Below, piece after piece: positions 59,040 through 64,000 of a stretch of DNA of 64,000 bases. Position numbers and translations under genes: made by a program. Below the pieces are notes generated by a model. That model was not told the origin of the DNA. It made no database searches and saw only the letters and a program-made list of their open reading frames with translations. Numbering within the stretch: position 1 is the first letter of the stretch; every line of letters begins with the position of its first letter. Source of the DNA: Arenicellales bacterium (lineage in GTDB: Bacteria; Pseudomonadota; Gammaproteobacteria; Arenicellales; JAJDZL01); NCBI GenBank assembly GCA_965220395.1, contig CBDCPT010000004.1, positions 647,433 through 711,432 of the forward strand, read 5' to 3'.

Positions 59040-59715
59040 ATCGGATAGCTTCTTCTATTTCTTCGTGGTCACGCTCGTAATCTCTTGCTAATTCGTTGAC
59101 TGACTCTCCGGCTTTATAGCGTTCTGCGATTGTACTGGTAGTAATCCCGGTGCCCGCAATAACAGGGCGTCCTGCTGATAGATATGGATCAATGACAATC
59201 ATCACGGGTGCAGATGAAATGTCTGGCCGGGTATACGGATAGAGTTTTACCGGCACGCCTGTTGGGTTAAACTCAATTCGATGTAGGGCAGCATCAACAA
59301 TTTCACGTATGGCCACCTGACCGTACTGGCTGACACTGATCAAACTTTCAAATTGATCGACAAATAAATCGAAACCATCCGTTTTCAGTAAGTTATCAAT
59401 TAGTGGATGTTGTTTCTCGAACTGGTTTTCAGCCATTTTCTCCAAGTACTCTATAGCCTGCCTGACCTTTGGCATGGGAACAACGAATTTTCGTCGAATC
59501 GCAGCAAGAATATGAAGTTCTGTAAGATTCAAAAATGAAAGCAGCACCGGTGCGAACGCAGGCACTCGAATCAGTGGCTCATAGTCATCTCTGCCTACGG
59601 ACCAATAGCGAACAGTTGATACGGGGATGCTCAGGTAGTGTGCCACTTCCGAGATGGTATAGGCTGGTAAATCAACGAATTTATTAACTGATACTGAGTG
59701 GTCTTTACCCATCAA
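59017..59715 (-). CDS. HTH plus DUF433 domain protein (putative antitoxin/regulator)
   Basis: 232 aa with an N-terminal MerR-like HTH (YTISEVAHYLSIPVSTVRYW) and a C-terminal DUF433 motif (GRPVIAGTGITTSTIAERYKAGESVNELARDY). Confidence 0.6.
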   Translation of the reverse strand: MMGKDHSVSVNKFVDLPAYTISEVAHYLSIPVSTVRYWSVGRDDYEPLIRVPAFAPVLLSFLNLTELHILAAIRRKFVVPMPKVRQAIEYLEKMAENQFEKQHPLIDNLLKTDGFDLFVDQFESLISVSQYGQVAIREIVDAALHRIEFNPTGVPVKLYPYTRPDISSAPVMIVIDPYLSAGRPVIAGTGITTSTIAERYKAGESVNELARDYERDHEEIEEAIRCELKAAA

Positions 59716-60194
59716 ACTTCCTCCCCATAAGTCGCATAGTAGTGACAGACTTAATTTTATCTTAAGTTTGTTCCGATCATCTTCCTTGTTCCTGACGGCT
59801 CGTAACTTAATTTCGATTGTCTGATAATTAATCTTTCGTTTACACTGCTGTACATGCCACAGGTCGAACTGCAGTTGATACTACCACCGGTTTCCCAAGC
59901 TCTCGCCAACGACCACGATAGTGCGACAGCACCTCAGCTGAATCGAATTTCTCCTAGTTGATGATTCCAACTAATTTTTTATGTACCCCGTAGTCCATCC
60001 TGTATATTAGAGTTGTGCGGGCTAAAATATCAACACGTGATATTTAATCGACATCACCCTCAAAAGCTGTAATTAATCAGTTTAAAACAATAAGATACGA
60101 ATTCATTTTTGTCGACATTGGGACAGCAGTCATTATTCTCGAATTATTGCTATAACACGAATCGAAATTAACCAACAATTCGGTAACTACTCGC

Positions 60195-60905
60195 ATGATA
60201 AAGACCTTCACAATCTTAGCGGCTCTTTTCTTTATGGCTGTTCAAGCTCCAAACGCGATCGGACAACAGTCCGGAATAAAGGAATATGAGGTGCATTACA
60301 TTCTTAAATTGGCTGCCGTCAAAGTCGGAAAAACTTACGCGAAGCTGTCCAAGACCGACGAAAATGAATATGAAGTGGTACAAAAACTGGACCCGGGCAT
60401 ATTATTGAAAGCAACTGGCGAACGGAAATCTACGCAGACCTCAAGCATTCGCTTTGATGGCGAAAAAATCATACCGCTAAACTATCACATCAAAATTAAA
60501 AAAAGGGAGAGTCTAGGTGCCAAGATCGACTGGCAAAATAAGAAAATAGTTTTTCTAAATGGTGAAAATGTACCGATGCCATCCAATGACATTCACGATT
60601 GGGGGTCCTGGCTTCCAACGTTCATGCTGAATAACCCAGAAGACTTGCCTGGGAAACGAATTACCGTCGTACAAGACGCGGAAGTTGTGAATTATGAATA
60701 TGGACCGATGGAACGGGAGACCATCACTGTAAATTCGGAACTTTTCGAGACTTTTCGAACTAGAATGCAGGATGTCAGTCGCAGTGATCGAGCGTTTACT
60801 GTGTGGATTTCACCCGACCACAATAACCTGCCGGTAAAATTGAAGCGTCACCTGAAAGGAACAACCATCAGTATCGTGCTTGATTCAGTCATCTGGAATG
60901 ATTGA
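60195..60905 (+). CDS. Secreted hypothetical protein (possibly DUF3108-like)
   Basis: 236 aa with a signal peptide and beta-rich composition. The family assignment is from memory only. Confidence 0.3.
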   Translation: MIKTFTILAALFFMAVQAPNAIGQQSGIKEYEVHYILKLAAVKVGKTYAKLSKTDENEYEVVQKLDPGILLKATGERKSTQTSSIRFDGEKIIPLNYHIKIKKRESLGAKIDWQNKKIVFLNGENVPMPSNDIHDWGSWLPTFMLNNPEDLPGKRITVVQDAEVVNYEYGPMERETITVNSELFETFRTRMQDVSRSDRAFTVWISPDHNNLPVKLKRHLKGTTISIVLDSVIWND

Positions 60906-61014
60906 ATCGAAATCTGGCTATATCTTGATTGCGTATATGCTGAATATCGGCATTATGCATCTGTATGCACAGTGCTGGAATGAACTAAACAGTATTTGAC
61001 TGCTTATCGTTAGT

Positions 61015-61716
61015 TTACTGCACGTTAAGAAACGTCAATACTTCGTGTTTCTGGACAACGTGGCAGTAGATCATATTGATTATTTCAAGTTCATGTCGGT
61101 GCAGTTCGTCGGTGGCTGCTGCACAGCAGTCATCAATGACTACAACTCCGAAGCTTTCATCGGCAAGGCTCCTCACCGTTGATGAGACGCACTGGTCAGT
61201 AAAAATGCCAGTCGCTATTACGTCGGTAATACCCATATTTCGAAGAATCAGCCGCAGGTTCGTACCGGTTAGAGCACTGTCTGTAGTTTTCAAAACGACA
61301 ATATCATTTTCCTTGGGCAAAAGTTCGGGGACAATCTGGCTCTCTTCGCCATCTTTTGGCAGCAATAGATAGTTGAATCCTGGTTTCTTTTGGCTTAAAG
61401 ATCGATCTCGACCATCGGGTTTAAGGCAAGCAATTCGCGCGAAAATAATTTCTACGCCCCTTTCCCTGCATTCGGTAATCAACTCGGCGACATTCGGGAT
61501 AACGGTGTTATTCATACGATCATAAAACGGTTTCCAGCGAGCTGTTTCTTCACTCGTATCTTTATCTGCTATGTACGTATTCTGTACGTCAATTACCAGA
61601 AGTGCTGTTGTTGTTGGATCCAACACGATATCGTCCGGCTCTTCAGCAGTAGCATAGTAAAAGGAACGAAAATCGGTTTTCCAGTTTGGAGAGCGATTTG
61701 AGCTGTCAGATTTCAA
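61015..61716 (-). CDS. Isochorismatase-family cysteine hydrolase
   Basis: 233 aa with ALLVIDVQN and GIFTDQCVSSTVRS (catalytic Cys) motifs. Confidence 0.85.
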   Translation of the reverse strand: MKSDSSNRSPNWKTDFRSFYYATAEEPDDIVLDPTTTALLVIDVQNTYIADKDTSEETARWKPFYDRMNNTVIPNVAELITECRERGVEIIFARIACLKPDGRDRSLSQKKPGFNYLLLPKDGEESQIVPELLPKENDIVVLKTTDSALTGTNLRLILRNMGITDVIATGIFTDQCVSSTVRSLADESFGVVVIDDCCAAATDELHRHELEIINMIYCHVVQKHEVLTFLNVQ

Positions 61717-61954
61717 CGTTTAGATTGTTGGAAGTGATTGGAGATTTACGTAGCAATGAAATTACAGGAAATTCGAAAATAGTAATTAAGTCTTACCGCG
61801 ATCAAGCTGAATAACGCATGCAATTGCAAGTCTTTATGTTCTTAGAAGATAATATACCTACAGCAGCATGCTTATATGTTCATCAACAGAGAATACAACT
61901 GCAACTGTGTGTCTAGGGTGCGATTGGAAGTGATGCGTAAATCAAATTAATTCG

Positions 61955-63271
61955 TCAGGCAATTTTTCGGTTACCCCCTTCCCAGTAGGCTTCCCATTGC
62001 TCATTGGCCCGGCACAACCGAAGCGCGAGCATGTTATCCACGTTGTCGGCACTCCACCAAGCCCCCGGCCGCTTGAGCCGGGCTTGAATGACGTAACGAT
62101 GTGCGCTCTTGATCTCTCCGGAGCCGATCGGCAAATCCTTCTCGGCGGCACCCTGATAGTCCACCTGATCCAGGCGCTTGCGCAAATACCGATGGGCTCT
62201 GCGCACCGGCGCATCCTCATCGGCAACCGAGGGCGCTTCAATATGCGCCATCAGCGCTTCAACCACCTGCACCGCCTGACTGGCTTTCAATCTTTGTTTC
62301 TGCTGCGACAGCCAGGCCGATGCATCCGACGCACAACTCGGCGCCGCCGCCGACAGATATTCGCATAGATGCATGAAATCCACCAGATAGCTGCCATTGC
62401 TGCCAAACTTCTCTTCCACCTGATTGCGAATCCAGACCACACCGTCGCCGACCGCATGCAATTGCGTGCCACGACCGAAATCAGCCCGCCTGGCACAATC
62501 ATACAACTGCCGTCCGGTCTCTTCGACACCGCCTGAGAAATTCCCCCCATAATGAACCTTCAGGCTCTGCTGCGCGTGCGCAATGGTAAGCCGAATCTCC
62601 TGCCAATTCAACACTTTATCTTTACGTTTGTCGGACACCTGTGAATCCACAGTCACCACCGGAACCATGCTCCCGTCGGTCTGCGCGATCACATGCCTGA
62701 CCCCGTCAGTATCCGGCCATTCGCAATTCAACTCCTGTTGCTCATGCATCGCTTTGCCGTGCTGCTCCGTCACCTCTCGAATGCCACTCACCGGCACCTC
62801 AATGCCGTAATGCTCCCGCAACCTGAGCTGAGCCTGTGCGAATGGCAATTCCGCACCAAAGTCCGTCACCGCACGCTGCAATGGTTTCGACAAACCACGA
62901 CACGATACTTGCGCCTGCTTTGAAAATCCTCGAAGCAAATGGCGGCCCTTGCGAAACAACCTTTCTTCTACTTCTATGACGTCGAATGTGCTGCGCCACC
63001 AGAGTTTTTTTCCGGCACTGCGCACTTCCGAGTCCGCCTTCAGAAGCGCTTCTACATGTTGGCTCCGGCTTTCGGCCCAACTGCCAAGAGTCGCCTTGCC
63101 CAGTTCGCGGATCTTTTTAATAATCTTCTCCTCCGCTTCGTCTGCAATCTGAATGTTATCGTCTCGATCCGTTGCAATCTGTACCAACTCTTCCACACAG
63201 GTACGCAATTCGGGGTTTGCATTGAGAAATTTCAGCAGATTTTCGTCTTTTTTTGCAGTCAATGAATTCAT
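61955..63271 (-). CDS. ISKra4-like DDE transposase
   Basis: 438 aa. QTDGSMVP, AVGDGVVWIRN and IGSGEIKSAHRYV motifs resemble the ISKra4 family as I recall it. GC-rich relative to the flank. Confidence 0.7.
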   Translation of the reverse strand: MNSLTAKKDENLLKFLNANPELRTCVEELVQIATDRDDNIQIADEAEEKIIKKIRELGKATLGSWAESRSQHVEALLKADSEVRSAGKKLWWRSTFDVIEVEERLFRKGRHLLRGFSKQAQVSCRGLSKPLQRAVTDFGAELPFAQAQLRLREHYGIEVPVSGIREVTEQHGKAMHEQQELNCEWPDTDGVRHVIAQTDGSMVPVVTVDSQVSDKRKDKVLNWQEIRLTIAHAQQSLKVHYGGNFSGGVEETGRQLYDCARRADFGRGTQLHAVGDGVVWIRNQVEEKFGSNGSYLVDFMHLCEYLSAAAPSCASDASAWLSQQKQRLKASQAVQVVEALMAHIEAPSVADEDAPVRRAHRYLRKRLDQVDYQGAAEKDLPIGSGEIKSAHRYVIQARLKRPGAWWSADNVDNMLALRLCRANEQWEAYWEGGNRKIA

Positions 63272-63369
63272 GTGAAATTACCTTCTACGTCAATACCAAT
63301 GCTTCTATATTTTAAACCTTTCATCTGCCCACAGTTGACTTTGGTCGAAGATTATGCCATCATATTGGC

Positions 63370-64000
63370 ATGCAAGTCGGAATGCGACAATTCAGTGCCG
63401 AAACTGTCACGCGGGTGATCGAGGAATCCAGCAAGCCATCTGTGACCCGCGGTGAACTTGCACGGCTTTTGTGCGAACTTGACCATTGGTATGACAGCAA
63501 AGGTCGCCCTGCGGTAAGTTCGGCACGCAAGGCGTTGGTGAAATTAGCGCACAAGGCGGGCTTTGAGCTGCCACAGGCGTGCGCCGGGGTTCCGCAGTCG
63601 GTGAAAGCGGTTTCGCCGCCTGCGGGATTGGATGCGTTGTCGGGGATGCGGGTGCGGTTATCGGATCTGGGTGAGATGAGTGTGGCAGTGGTATCTGACA
63701 GTCAGCAACGCCGCAGTTGGGATGCGATGATGGAAGCTTGGCATCCATTGGGATTCAAGCGAGCGCCCGGAGGTCAGATGCGGTATTGGGTGATCAGTTC
63801 TCGGTATGGCATCATTGGCGGGGTAGGTTTTGCGGCTGCGAGCTGGCATCAGAAGGCGCGCGATGAATGGATTGGATGGAGCAGTGATGCGCGAGCTGTG
63901 AATTTGGCAGCGGTGATATGCAATCATCGTTTTTTGCTGATTGCTCGGGTGTATGGTCTGGCATCGAAGGTTTTGGGAGAGGTTTGCGAGCGAGTGGCAG
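63370..64000 (+). CDS. DUF4338 domain protein (DruA-like), 3'-partial at the window edge, not in the ORF track
   Basis: Hand translation MQVGMRQFSAETVTRVIEESSKPSVTRGELARLL ... WHPLGFKRAPGGQMRYWVISSRYGIIGGVGFAAASWHQKARDEWIGW ... NHRFLLI. Collinear with the 7163..8026 protein (YHYLGYKPLPGAQMRY ... FGACAWKTAPRDLFIGW ... NNARFLIL). Confidence 0.7.
   Translation, partial: MQVGMRQFSAETVTRVIEESSKPSVTRGELARLLCELDHWYDSKGRPAVSSARKALVKLAHKAGFELPQACAGVPQSVKAVSPPAGLDALSGMRVRLSDLGEMSVAVVSDSQQRRSWDAMMEAWHPLGFKRAPGGQMRYWVISSRYGIIGGVGFAAASWHQKARDEWIGWSSDARAVNLAAVICNHRFLLIARVYGLASKVLGEVCERVA

Overview
A 64-kb bacterial chromosomal window. The hemC-hemD-hemX-hemY / argH / lptM-lysA synteny suggests a gammaproteobacterium (inference). 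Housekeeping blocks alternate with compositionally foreign inserts. Core content: a LysW-type amino-group-carrier operon (lysW-lysX-lysY-GATase-lysZ-lysJ), an SDR, a DRG-like GTPase, an MFS transporter, a TPP enzyme, qor, a TrxR-like ferredoxin-NADP reductase, yfhL ferredoxin, mutM, the hem operon, argH, lysA, and a methylated-amine block (MttB-family methyltransferase, DMGDH-like oxidoreductase, AhpD-like protein). Mobile or accessory content: (1) a complete IS66-family element (5341..8109, 8-bp TSD) that carries a DUF4338 (DruA-like) passenger and clips the 3' end of lysX; (2) a second, diverged DUF4338 gene next to an ISKra4-like transposase at the right edge; (3) a group II intron (20950..22926) just after a terminator-like hairpin; (4) a 1.65-kb islet between 73-bp direct repeats of the yfhL 3' end, holding a HigBA-like pair and a dcm fragment; (5) a 38-bp inverted-repeat pair around a low-GC cassette, with a stand-alone HEPN gene beside it; (6) a roughly 16-kb defence-type island (43.6-59.7 kb). 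The island holds a GC-rich Mre11/Rad50-like (YhaO/YhaN-type) operon, a low-GC PrrC/RloC-like AAA_13 ATPase, an ISL3 transposase wreck, a type I R-M operon (hsdMSR) and a DUF433/PIN-like pair. A RES-Xre toxin-antitoxin pair sits at the left edge. I saw no rRNA, tRNA or CRISPR array. The best candidates for an undescribed system are the ATPase/nuclease genes beside the type I R-M, and the recurrence of DUF4338 genes with two unrelated IS families. All functional calls come from motif recognition by eye in the supplied translations; no database search was possible.
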